In this document: piece after piece, positions 49,901 through 62,000 of the stretch
Layout of the letters: each line of letters begins with the position of its first letter
Position numbering within the stretch: the first letter of the stretch is position 1
Assembly: GCF_001949145.1 (NCBI RefSeq)
Contig: NW_019091406.1
Span: forward strand, 1 to 62,000
Length of the DNA: 62,000 nt
Direction of reading: 5' to 3'
Source: Acanthaster planci
Taxonomy: Eukaryota
Made by a program: the position numbers and the translations under genes
Notes under the pieces: model-generated
What the model saw: only the letters and a program-made list of their open reading frames with translations
Databases searched by the model: none
Told to the model about the DNA's origin: nothing

Positions 49901-52900
49901 CCATATGCCTACACTGTGGGCATACTTATTTTATCGCAATCATTTGATCATATATCTGATTACATAAAACAAAGTATGGAATACCATGGAGACTGCTCTA
50001 AAGTTTGTAAAAGTTCAGTCCTAGGTCACTTCCGAGCTTGTTGTGTACAGCATGCTAGCACAGCTTCTAATCTGTGCATCTTATATTCAACTGTGTAGTT
50101 GATATCCCGCTGTCTTGGTAACAAGCTGCCAGACAGGGAATTCATTCAGGAGCAGATGTACATGTATGGGGAGGGTTGTGTGAACACTTGGGTTGTGTCA
50201 ACAATCTGCCAGATTGAATTTACTTCATTCCAGACAAATTGAAACCTTACAATTTTTAAAAGCCAGTTGAAAGCCACTTGAATACATTAACAAGTACATT
50301 GAACATGAATGACACAAATCGAAGTTGGTAATTCTTAAGTTTGTGACCCTTTTTAAGTCCATTTCACCATGGTGCATTTAGAACATTCCAAAGCAGACCT
50401 TACATCATCATGTTTTTTGTCATATCAGTGATCTTTGGTTTATGCATAGACAGCCTACAGGGACCGTACCGGTAGCTTAGTGTCATTTTACATGTAGGCC
50501 TACAAGTTTGCAAGTGTATGAGCGGCTTCATGCAATGCAGTGCATTTGACATTTTGTATCAACAAAACAACATCACAAAAAACATTGAATTAACATACCA
50601 CTTGGAAGATGATGCCTCTTCTCCAGTACCCAAGCAGGATCTCTCACCCAGAAACACAAGTTTGACACTTGCACCTGCAGAAAAGTTAACTGTTCAATCA
50701 GTCAAATTCAGTCACTTGTTTCACAAGGCCAAACAATTCTGTAAATGCTCAAGGGATTCTGAACCCTGTTTTTTATACCCAGCATAAGTGGCCGGTGATT
50801 GATTGGGCTTGACAAGTGAACAGATTTACCCTCACCTCTGTCAATTATCCCTGCCCTTGCCAAGAAGGGGTGACAGGCTTGGGCCAGCTCTTCCCAGCTG
50901 TCTCTCAAGGTTGGAACTTTTGCAAAAGGGAAAACAGGATGGAAAGGAATCTGGTGGTGGCTGCAAAATTAATGAATCAGGCCAAGATGAAGCAGCCTGT
51001 GTACATTGGCAACAGCGTACAGAATGACTAAGCTGAAAACAATGTGTTCATCTATCTTGACTGCAAATTTAAAGTGGCTCAAGTGGTTGAGAAAGTTTGA
51101 AGAAAATGTCCTTATAATATCACCCTCAGAGCCCTTCATTTTTGACCGCCAGAAAAGAGCTGGCGACATGATCTGTATCGGAGAGTATTTAAAGTCATTT
51201 GGAAAGAAACCGTGGGTCAGAGGATGGAACTAAAACAATAGTACATGTATTATGGTAAATGTTTTTAAAGTTGTAAAATAAGAGATTTTAGTCAAAGATT
51301 AGTTTAGATTGAAACAAAACTGACATTCGTCATAATATGGGAAACTGTAATTTGCGTTGACTTTTTTCTTTACTGTTTCCACCATAATGGGTATGTATAT
51401 GTACATATATATTGTACATTATATTGTTTCATAAAGATTTTCAATAACTTGCCAGGTTCAGGTCTTGTTGCTGAGCTGTACAGGTTGTTATTTTGGGGGT
51501 TTGTAGCCTTTGGCTAATCTCCAAGTTGTGGTCAGATTTAAGGTATTCACAAAGTTGGCAAATGCAGCACATATTTCCTGAGTTTAGAAATCGGGAACAC
51601 CCCAAACCAGAAGTTGCCAGTCAACTTGGGGTCAGCGCAGTCATAACACCAGTGTTTTGACACGGCCTTATTTCCTACTTGATCTAAAGATGTGTGTAAA
51701 CATAGCCCTGCAGTTCTAACAGGTTCAGAGCTGAGGTGGTATCAAAAACTCATGCACAGGTGATTCACTGTCTGGTAGTTAAGATGTTGAATATTTTCTT
51801 GGGGGTGATCTGTTGTGTCCTTTTTAATACATGATTCTTTTGTACCATGTTAACAGAATCTTTCTCCTGACAGTTTTATCCCTCGGTAGTACTGCAACAT
51901 GTTTTTGCCAGTGCATCTGGTTTAATCACATGTTAGTTTCTGTTATGCAGGGGTATAACAACTACCGGTACTGTTTGTAGGTTTACAATTAACAAATTAA
52001 ATTTTTAAATGTTGAGTTTATCTACTGTATATCTCAGGAATGGAGAATACAGGTGGATGGAAACAAGATGCCATTTACTGGAATGTTTGGGGTCCAAAAT
52101 CTTACTAAACAAAATTTTCGTATGATCAGTTAGTTACCCACATGATGACTGCTTCCCCATCACCCTCTCCCATATGTCTTATGTTACATGGTCCTTTTTC
52201 AGAAGTGTGTGGGCAGGAGACAATTTGAAATTTACTGAACAATTAGCCACATAGAATTACCCAAGTTTAAAGGTTTCCAAATTGTTTTTAGTACTGTGTA
52301 CAGTGGCCTAGCCAGGCTTTTCTCAGAGGGGGAACAAGAGAAAGCAACAGTTCCCACAGGGGTAGGGGGCAGTTGCCCCCCTTGGTTTCCCGCCACTGAC
52401 TTTGTATAATGGACAGCTTTTTCACTAACCATGCTAAATGTATGTAGGTCGATATCTACACTAAAGTAACATTTGTAGATGGTGCAGCGACAACCCCCCC
52501 CTCCCAAAAAATCCCAATTTTCCAAGGTGGAGGGAGCAGAAGGAGTCTGGAGTTCCCACAGGGGAGCAACTCCCCTGTGTCCCCTCCCCCCCACACCACT
52601 GACTGTGAAGCCAAGTCATGGATTATGTTAGTACATGTACAGAGCTACACATTCATTTAGTGTCAAAGACACATCAAAGACCTTTGGTAGAAGTCCAATG
52701 CTTTCCACTCACCATACATGTAATTGAGAAGTGAAATAGTTTCGCGTACCAGATGCACATGTGTAAATGTGTAAGCTTGATGTCTTGTTGACTGAGAAGA
52801 ATAGGCATTGGTTAGATGTCAGCTGATTTATTGTTTATTGGTTCAATTGTTTCATTTTTCATTTAAAACTCACATACTAAGAGCAGGGGCTAAATAAAGC

Positions 52901-55900
52901 TGTCGGTGAAGACATAAACAAACTGTTTCTTGAGAGACTTTCATTCTCTCAGGTCAAACTACTTTCATTTTTGTCTTGTTTGCACACATTCCTGAAGAGA
53001 TCTGGTGCGGACTACATGGAATTTATCCAAATCCAGTGTTAATGTAATAAACAATAAAAATTATTGGAAAAGATTCAAGGTTCCTGACATGTGGATTCAG
53101 GAATGCAGTGTGCACAGGCGTGCATCCCTTTGTGGGGGGGGCAATATGCAATATATTCTTACCAGATCAATTTATGAGCTTGTAATAAGTCAATCACTAT
53201 CTTGAGTCTATGGGGTATTTTAAAGGTATTACAGTTAATACATGATAATACTATTACTCTAACACCAAAATACTAATCCGTGCCACCTCATCCTCTCTTG
53301 ATTCCCAAGGTGGTTGAAAAATTTGATGTGTATATGGTTTTGTTTTTAAACTTTCTGAGACGCTCATATTTGATAATAATGTTAGATTATCGTCTCTTTT
53401 TAAGTTTTTCAACAATCTACATTTCCTCATTAATTTTGACTTAAGACTGTTTAACAATTTGTGTTGTATCGGTAGTTGAAGGGTCCCAGTGGAAACTAGT
53501 TTTTTACTGTTTGGGCATACCCTGGATAAAGAGATGGAATAAAGGAATAAATATAATAGATGTACAGCTGCGGTCCAAAACGTACATGGGAGGGGAAGTT
53601 TGTCATTAAATAAGTCATTGACATCTTGGAGCCTAAATTGTTTTTCAACTTTTTATCGGTAAACTTATGTTAATTTTAGTAGCGATTGGGAGGTGGGTTT
53701 TTACACTGTGACTAGTGTCCTAAGTATTAAAGTGCATATGGCAGTTGCACTTTGTAAGTGTGATTAGTTTGGGGGTAGGCTAGCTGTTCCAACTTTCACT
53801 TTGTAAAGACCTTGAAACCCTTATTTACAGCAACCAAGCACAGACCACAGATTTCTTGGTCTTAGAGGATAGGAACAGGAAAATAACAGGCACACCCAGA
53901 AGAGCTAGCATTCCAACACTGAGTTAAGATACAGGGGGCATAGGGCTTCAGGCTTTAAAAACAAGTGTACATGTATACAGAATACATGTATGTCTTTAAA
54001 ATGTGTGAAACCTTGGAAAGTCTTCATTACCAATTTTGTTTGACTTCATAGATGTACATGCACATGAAAATCTACAATTTTAAACATCCTATTTTCAATG
54101 CATCACACCTAAAGGGACAACAAAGATGTTTGCAGCCAGATTTTCAGCTTGAACACTGTATGTGGAGGTCTTCTTTTTTTTCATTTCTTTTTGTTTGCTA
54201 GGATTGTTGGGGATTGTCTTATTTTCTGTTTGTGCGTTCATTTTTGTATTCCATTGTTGAGTTATCCATTTGCTTATATCACTTGCTCATTTGTTCATTT
54301 TTTTCAGTTTTAATCGACATCATGCAGCATCTGCATAGTCCATCACTCATTGCTTATCTCCAGTCATGCTGTGGCTGTATTTCGATTACATTACATTTAC
54401 TTGTAGCTGTTTGTGCTGAAATGGCAGCATAGAGCTGTGTACTCCCTGGAGATCAGAAATGGTCCCTGGATTGTTAGGGGAGGGATCTGCATAATGACCA
54501 GACGATATGATGATACAGCATAGTGACCAACACTGCTAGTGTCAGCAGATGCTGCATGTGCAGTAGTTGTAATACACCCACATCCCTATTTGTAGGCTAT
54601 GTTTTTGAATATTCTTTTTTCTCAAATTGATGGTAATCTATCCACAAATTTGTAAATTCTTGTAAGTATGCCAATGAAATGCCAGTTCATAGCTTGCTTT
54701 TAGGGTGCTCGTCTGTAGAGTCCCGGTGGATGCATGGGCGCAATTACTACTACATGTTGAATTTATGCACAACAATGTCATCTGAATGTCATTCAGATGA
54801 ATAGGTAATGCTGTTTTGGCGAATCAAATGAAGATCCAAACTAGGAACAAACAAAAACAGCATTTCCAGCATGCTAGAAACCTCCAACTGCATCGTCTGA
54901 TACGTGAGCTATGCACAACATATTGATATCATCTTCTTTTTTTCGTTTGGTGTTTGTCATTTGTGCTAGTTGCACCATGGACTACATGAGCAGTACCAGA
55001 ACACAAAGTTGAAACTGAGTCTCCATGACAACACCTCCTTGATGATTGTGCGGGAATCCATCACAGAATATATCGTTAAGAGGCAAGTGGGCTGTGGATG
55101 CATAGATTATCTTAGTCATACCGTTTCATCCCAAACTTTGTTTACAGTACTTGTGGTTCAAAAAACAGCAAAACAAAACACGCGAAGAAGTAGAAGTTAT
55201 TACACTTGGAGAGCTAGTCTATTAAAATTTGGCAATAATTTCTTGTGAAAATTGCAAAAGTCTTGTGAGACTATTAGTCATGCGTATGTGTAGTTGCACT
55301 TTGTCCTCAAATAGGTTAGGTAAGAGAATGCATATACATCTGCCAGCGTTCATTTTCAGGTCTCTGCCACCTATATGGTGATGTTCAGCGCTTATTGAAG
55401 TAGAACAATTTGGTCAGTCAAGATGCCTTAATGCCATCATAAGACCATCACAAAATCAACACAGGACCTCCGGTATGAATTCAAGTCACGGGTTGTTCAA
55501 ATGAACCGCAACAGAAGCATTCTTTTGTCAGTTTTCACTATGTTACAGTGTGACTGCTCTTCCGAATGGCCTTGTGACGGTCTCAACTGCAACATTGCTC
55601 AGTATTATAATGATTCTGTGCGTGTATTTTATAATCGTTAGCATGGTGGTGTCATATTGGAAGCTTGGATTTGAGATTTGAAACAGAGCCTTGATGAAAG
55701 CTGATACTGTTGGGTAACCCAGCAACCAGTGTTTGCTCTACGTATGGAAAATTTACAATTTATAGTTTCAAGCATTTCTGTCACCTGTTGATTGCAGATT
55801 CGAAAAACTGGAAGCAGATTTTGAAGCAAGCCATGAAGTCAACCAGACATCCAATGCCAGTGATTCAGAAACTGAGGATCGGAGCTTAAAAATATCCCAG

Positions 55901-58900
55901 ATCAAAGCTCGCTCCTATTCCACAGTTACAAATGTAACTATGAGCGCTTACAAGTTTATTTCCTTCATTATTTCTGATCTTTAAATTAGCAGTTAGGTAC
56001 ACTGCACAGGAGAATATTTGTAATATTCGGTATTACACAAGTGCGAGTGAAACACAGAATAGTGTACTGCACCTGTGTCTGGTATATACGTGAGGCCTTG
56101 AGGTATTAAAGTTGGTTTTAAAGGTCGAAGGTATTAACATCGTTGTCAAGTCTTGGCAACTGTTGTACTGAAAACACTCACTGTAAGGGTCTTGTTATAG
56201 GCAATTATACATACCATACAGGAATCCCAAGCTAGCTACTGGCACTATGTAAAGACTCTGGGGGCACTGTGTGAGTGGCAGATAAGAGTCAGGTTTGGGT
56301 ATTTCAGTGACATTATGAAACAGGCATCCAACTTGGTCAAACAAAAATCAAAGTGAAGTAACCCACTTACGCCAATGTTTAGGTGAGAGGGTATGGCACT
56401 GGACAACTCTCACTGAGTAATCTGCAAAAGAACCCTTTTTCCAGCTCGTTCTTCAATTTTTTAGGGGTTGGGGGGTCAAAACATCTGTTTATAAAGCCAT
56501 TTTCTTTAATTTTAAGGAAACAAGATCAAGACGTCACCGCCAACAGACAGCACAATCACCATCCATCCCTGGTCCATCGACAGCCAAGTCCAAGGTCACG
56601 AAGAGCAAAGGTCTCCCTGGACGGAAAGGCAAGGGGAGGGCAACCCATCAGTCCTCCAACACAGAAACCTCCGAGCAGGATGAGAACTCGGATGATGAAA
56701 CCTGGACTCCACACGGTGTGAAAAAACGCAAATCACAGCCCGAAAAGAATGCAGCCATGTCAAGACGATCGCAGTTGCTAAAGAGCATTAAAAAAGTGCA
56801 GGCAGGTATTACACGCACCACAGAGCAAGAAATCATCAACAGTGAGGAAGATGGTAATGTTGAAGGAGACTTGACCAAGGCAAAGAAGGGCAAAAGGCAT
56901 AAAAGAAAACAATCATCCACTGACACCAATTCTGACAGATTCAAGGCAACCAAATCCTCCTCTGCTGCTGGAGGATCAGCACGCGGTAGAGGGAGGCCGA
57001 AGAAAGCAGTTACTAACTCAAAACAAAAGCAAAACAAATCATCTAATAGACCAAGCGAACAGCCAAGCCCTAATTCCAAGACTCCTGAGAAGGAGGCAAA
57101 ATGTCCAAGAAAAGCTCCTCAAACACACTCTACTTTGTCCCCACAAGGAGAAACAACCAAGGGACCACCACCCCCAGAATCCAACCAGAAAGCTTCCAAG
57201 GAGCATCATATGGACAAGCAGACAGTAAGGAGTACAGACACACCAAAGAAAAGGAGGAGATCAATATCAGATAATTCAACCGGTCAAAAGAGAGATGGAT
57301 TTCAAGATGCCACCCCAAAGAAAAGGTTGAGAAGCTCAGATAAGGCTAAGGATGTAGCTGCTTGCAATAAGGAGCTCACCAAAGAAGATGACATAGCTCA
57401 ACAAGGCAGAGTGCCCAGAAAAAGCACCAAGGACGAAACAAACAGCGTGCCTGGAACACCTGCAAAAAAGCAGGACAGTACTGCTGTAGAAGCCTCTGTT
57501 GCAAGAAACTCTGGGAATGAGGGTGAGTATGGTGGTTGTGTATAGATACAGGTATGTACATAATTGAAAAAAGCCCTTAACTTGTCCCACACGTACAGTG
57601 ATATGTCATGGAAAAAGCTGGCGAAATTCTTAAAGAGCATACTGTTGTAAGAACTCTTCATCAAACCCATCAAAGTCAAAAGTTTCCTTAACCATCCCCT
57701 GCCGGGTGCTTTTAAATACAGTGCCTACATACAGGTGATTTTCCAATATCTTTGGTTTTCAAAAATCTGTGAAATTTCTTATCTATTTTTCCTGAACGCC
57801 TAATCCCCTTGGAGTGACTGTCTGGTGGCTACTCTAATTTGACAGACAACATCTATTGATGCCAGAGTATTTCAGCTAGGCCTGCCACCATGTAAAAAGA
57901 GCCCAGATTGTGTGGTGTTACATAAGTTTCATTTGTTCCTGAAACTGGCATAGTGCGCTGCTGGCGTCTTTTCAATACAGGCCAGATTAGTGTGCAGCGG
58001 TATTTTATCACTCATCACTGGAGTGCTGGAGCGCTTTCGTTGCGCTGAATGCCACAGACAGTGGTGTAATCTTTTGCCCGATTTCGGGCACCCCTGCTAT
58101 GCATACAAACCCAAGGTACCCAAAACCGGGCTCTCTGGTAGGACATGGTTAAAGCACTTACACTACTTTTTGCATACTGCAAATGAAAAACCTAATTTTC
58201 AAATTTTTTTTGCCTAACATGATGAATCAGTGTGTGAAAGCTCAAGTTAAAACTACAAGACAGTAAAGTTACAAGAGTGTTTCTGTGTGTGTTGCAAACC
58301 TCTTAACATGGAGCAGTAATGTGCATAACAGGGTGAGAAAAAATGTACTCCACATTCCTAATGTATTCCTGCGTATTCTGCCGTCTAAAATGGGCTTTTT
58401 CTGAGAAGATAGAGTGATCTCTCTAAGTGCAGAATTTATTTGCAAGCAGTGAAAAGCTTACTACAGCTTTCTGCAAAAGGTGAACCCTTCACATCCATTG
58501 TAATCATTCACAAAGATATTTGTGTGATGCACATGTTTGCAAACCTTCAATTATATTCATGCACATGCAGGTCCATCAGCCAAAGGGGATGGTATCCTGG
58601 AAGCGAGTTCAAGAACTCCAAAACAAGATTCATCACCTTCCCGAGGTCACAGGGTACCTCCCCAAGGTCAGGGGTCACCGCACCAAGAAGGCCAGAGCTC
58701 TGTGCCGAAATCAAGATGTCTACAGTCAGCATCAACAAGAGGCCAGAGTTGGGCATCAAAGACCAGGGGTAAAAGGCCATCACCTGTAGGGGGTCATAAG
58801 TCAGCTCCTAAAGATCAAAGGTCAACCTCCAAAGAGCATGGAGATTCCCCAGGAGAGCAAATGAGGTCACTGAGGTCCAACATCACTCTGAAAATGCGAG

Positions 58901-58950
58901 GGGGTGGGATTGGAGCCAAGACGAGGGGTGCAAGACAAAAACGTTTGTGA
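40958..58950 (+). CDS. SNAPC1: snRNA-activating protein complex subunit 1 (SNAP43), about 731 aa
   Basis: Coding exons 40958-41100, 42151-42181, 42434-42562, 43210-43350, 43985-44101, 54970-55082, 55798-55933, 56517-57522, 58571-58950 (2196 bp, in frame). Motifs recognisable from vertebrate SNAPC1: [11 protein letters not shown]...VRF..F..EWR, YFLPPY..Q.RVGALY.LY.LY.TQ, IRISL..W, AF.FTAMPK, IKARSYS, SRRHRQ. Confidence 0.92.
41153..41445. mobile_element. hAT-type MITE, 293 bp, with internal AAGACC-rich tandem repeats
   Basis: TIR CAATGTTGTAGTCAAGACCA vs rc CAGTGTTGTAGTCGAGACCA; perfect 8-bp TSD ATACTTTC. Confidence 0.9.
41671..41982. mobile_element. Possible foldback/CACTA-like MITE
   Basis: Ends CACGCTAAAAACTG vs rc CATGCTAAAATCTG; many internal inverted caacattt/aaatgttg motifs; TSD unclear. 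Confidence 0.45.
45505..47659 (-). CDS. Secreted collagen + C1q-domain protein, C1QTNF3/CTRP3-like, about 309 aa, nested antisense in a SNAPC1 intron
   Basis: Coding exons 47659-47413 and 46187-45505 (930 bp, phase 1). Hydrophobic signal-like segment, Gly-X-Y repeat including [13 protein letters not shown], and gC1q domain IAFSV...FD...[13 protein letters not shown]...LKQGDKVWL...TFSGWLVF. Confidence 0.9.
46865..47378. repeat. Dispersed repeat, copy 2 (in the C1q gene intron)
   Basis: Same blocks and orientation as 39895-40355, with different internal indels. Confidence 0.75.
49597..49961. repeat. Tandem repeat, about 2.5 units of 136-149 bp with a variable TA/ACTAT tract
   Basis: actattttatgtgtagaa...gcctacactgtgggcatactta... 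starts at 49597, 49733 and 49882. Confidence 0.92.
50599..50806 (-). promoter_or_regulatory. Putative core promoter and non-coding first exon of the C1q gene
   Basis: On the minus strand: CCAAT (50802-50806), TATAAAAA (50770-50777), donor GTG/GTATGT at 50598. A matching acceptor lies at 47668 and a minus-strand AATAAA at 44637-44642. Confidence 0.5.
52301..52601. mobile_element. hAT-type MITE remnant, about 300 bp
   Basis: Ends CAGTGG...CCACTG; 8-bp flanks ACTGTGTA / ACTGTGAA (7/8); G/C-run-rich interior. Confidence 0.6.
55406..55597. mobile_element. Diverged copy of the 41153-41445 MITE family
   Basis: Shared core tgaattcaagtcac...ttcaaatgaac.gcaaca.aagcatt and right end ggtctcaactgcaacattg; no TSD recognisable. 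Confidence 0.65.
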
Positions 58951-59140
58951 AACAAAGGAACGTTTTGTATCATTGCAACACATCAGCTGCAAGGCCCGAC
59001 TGCTTGACCAGTCGTCCATGCATTCTACTTTCAATACATTCTCCATTATATTACATTCAACAATGGAAAGAAATTTTTTTGTGCAAAATGCCTTCATTAG
59101 CAAATTACATTTACATGCCCACTTTTTAAAAGTTTATTAA

Positions 59141-59419
59141 TCCTGACGGTCTTGAAACCTCCTATTTAGAATTAAGGCTCAAAATGTCTGCTTTTAATTC
59201 AACTATGATATCTGGCAGAGGTCACATTTTATTTACTCATCACCATGTGAGTATATTGGATTCAGCCCACGTTAAACTCTACTAGCATAGGGCACATTTA
59301 AATTCAAAAGTGACTTGAAGTAAAAACCTGTCAGCAAATTTGGTTCCAGACTAGATTTATAACTACCGTGACATTCAAATTCGTCGGACATTTGTCAAAG
59401 GAGGTAGGCCTTCACAGGG
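59141..59419. mobile_element. Possible degenerate piggyBac-type MITE
   Basis: TTAA-TCCTG ... CAGGG-TTAA ends only. Confidence 0.3.
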
Positions 59420-62000
59420 TTAAGGGGACAATTTCTTTTGTGAGGCAAATTAGGACCAAGTTGTTGGGACATTTTTCTGTCCCCATAACGTTTTAAGTCC
59501 CCACAAAATAGTGAAATATCATGTGACCTGTCCGCGGTGTTAATCCGCTTGCTCTAAATGCCCCAAACCATGGTATACTGTTTCAAAACAAGGCAGGATT
59601 ATCTCCACTTTTTGAGAGTGAAAAAATATCGGTAATGCCCAGCAGCCTGGTCGTTTGTGCCGAGTACAGTCTTTTGTTACAAGGCCCTGCTCCCTTTGTT
59701 CGAGTTCGGAGACCCCGGCCACACATATAAAGCATACGTGTCTGGATCCGGAGTCCCCAGCAGGAAGTGGTTAACCAAGCCTTCAATTTGAGAACTGTTA
59801 AGCTGATCTTAAGTAGTAAACAAAATGTGTAATATTTATGGATTCTTACAACTTTAGGGAATACCTGTGAATATTTTACTTTTAGTTATCACTCACAGAG
59901 ATGTCTCACAAGATCAACCATTACATGCATTTCTGTAACAGTTGGAGAGCTATGTACATACCTGCATATATGTATACAAGACAGCATTTCTTGAGCAAGT
60001 TGCATTTCTCTCCTGTGAGCACACCTTGAAGCTGGAACTTTTACAATTTCTTGGACTGTTTCTTCTGCCTTTTGCAGCTGATAACCTTGACCCCAAAATG
60101 ACTGAAAAGTTGTCTTGTAAATTAAATGTGGAAATACTGTGCAGACCTGTCGTCATCCACACATTGTCGGATCCCCGCATTATGTAATCTTTTGGTATCA
60201 GGCCCAACCAAAGTACATGCACATGTATGTAAAACAAAGTAACACAATTGTGTAAATGCCTACAGTTGTGCACTGCAATTGTTTTATTGTCTCTACTAAC
60301 TTTTTGGAGGTATGATTATTAGTACAAAACGTTGATTTACATCCAGTGGTGGATGTACTGTTCTCTGTGGTTCAGTGTCTGCGACTGAATAGGGATATAA
60401 ACTCGCACACAGTGATTTTAAATCTGGATCCATAATTAACATATATTTCATAGTACTCTTTGCTAAATATGTGTACACTTCAAATTAAACATTTCAGTTA
60501 TCGGTTGCTGGAGAAGTACCATCTTTATTCAAACAAAGAACAGATACCTGTACATGAAATTTACAGTTGGCCCAACAAACTCTGAGTGTTCCACACATAT
60601 TCACAAGAACAAAACAATGGAAAACTTATCACATTTGGGCATTGATGTTGGGGGGAAAGCTTAAACAGTGTATACCTCTGTGTGCTTGAAATATTTTTTG
60701 GACTGTGAGCTATCTCACTTTTAGAGAAATCTGGAAGAAAGTGTCACTTCAAGCTGTGATGACCTAAACTGCTAGTTTTACAGGCAGAATGCTCTTGTTC
60801 ATTTAAGAAGAGCTGACTCCGCTGAGGCATGACAGTACCAAATGTTGCACCTGATGAAATGCAAAACGACTTAACCAGCGTAGTTCAGCATCTCCACATA
60901 CAGTGATGCATTTTAAAAAATCCAGGAGCTTGAACTCAAACAGTACTGAAAATAAGAGCCTCCTGTGAAATCATTTTTCCTTGTATGGCACATGTAGACC
61001 TTGAGAGAGTACCACTTGGAAGAAAATCAAAGACGAGTGTAAAACGATAGATATCCTGTGATACTGTGATCTGTTAGCTGGCAGTCTTTGGAGACAGTCT
61101 GATCAAACATGAAGACATGCTGGAGTTACTTTGCCTCCATACAACAGAATGCCGTGAATCTTGAATCTTTTTTTTTACCACAAAATATGTTTCGAACAAT
61201 GTATGGAAACATTCTTGTAGTGGCAGATTTACATGCGGTGTTTCTCGAACTTTAGAGGGGTGATGTGAGAGGTATTCACTTTTCGTTCCAACGCCAAACA
61301 GGCATGGAGTTCAAAGTTCACATATCTGCAGGACAGACTTCACTGACCTATTTCATTTTTTGCTGTGTTCAGTTTTATCAAGACACTTAAGCAGCTTCTG
61401 TAGCTGACAATGTGGTCAATGCAAATGTGCACCACCACCTGGTTTATATGAAGCAACGACATGTAACCTGAATAAATCTCTCTCAAAGTGACTGACTCCA
61501 GAAATTATACCTGATTAAGGGATAAACCTAGATTAGCGTCACTTTAGTGGAATGACACGACAAGGAACTTTGCTCACTGGAAGAGGATACTGCCGTCAAC
61601 AATTCTACAAATCAAGTGGGAAGTTCAAAATTTGTTCTTAAAGTCAACCATATGTTTAGGTATCAAGAGCCAGATTATTCAATACATTAAAAATTTTCTT
61701 TTCTTCAGTTCACCAACTCTCAAAGCCTACTAGCAGAAGGCATGTCAAAGGTAAACACAAGTTAAATGCATGCCCCACAAACACAAATCTAATGCCCGTA
61801 TAGATATGTACTAATTCATAATCAAACTATGATTTTATTTTTGTTTGATGTAGATGCATGTTGGACAGAATATGTACATGTACGTTTAACTTTACATGTT
61901 CATTCATTTTTCTATATTTGTAATTAAAATATATCAAAATACACCATAGGTCCGTTGGTCAATAAAGCCATTACACATGGGTAACACGTTTTCTCAAAGC

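Noticed and set aside
53200..53560. Possible LINE 3' end (…taccctggataaag…aataaa)
   Set aside because: No RT or endonuclease motif and no TSD; the resemblance is too weak to call.
60500..62000. Possible 3'UTR of a downstream minus-strand gene
   Set aside because: No ORF or exon could be identified in the window.

Overview
Eukaryotic, AT-rich, intron-rich genomic DNA with three N-gaps; it looks like a marine invertebrate (inference). (1) 1-29970 (+): the 3' part, about 48 exons, of a giant mucin-like gene. Thr-rich PTS exons alternate with seven divergent discoidin/F5-8 type C-like domains, and the gene ends in a VWC-like segment and an 11-Cys C-terminal cystine knot. (2) 34004-38522: a decayed 4.5 kb hAT-like DDE DNA transposon with a perfect 7-bp TSD. 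Its transposase ORF opens with a transmembrane leader followed by a 2A/StopGo motif (GDIEPNPGP); this is the most unusual item in the window. (3) 40958-58950 (+): SNAPC1 with 9 coding exons, about 731 aa, and a long basic AT-hook-bearing tail. (4) A collagen + C1q gene (C1QTNF3-like) nested antisense in a SNAPC1 intron. Several MITEs with TIRs/TSDs, a dispersed repeat pair and a minisatellite are also present. All gene models were built by eye from splice sites and reading-frame phase; no database search was run.
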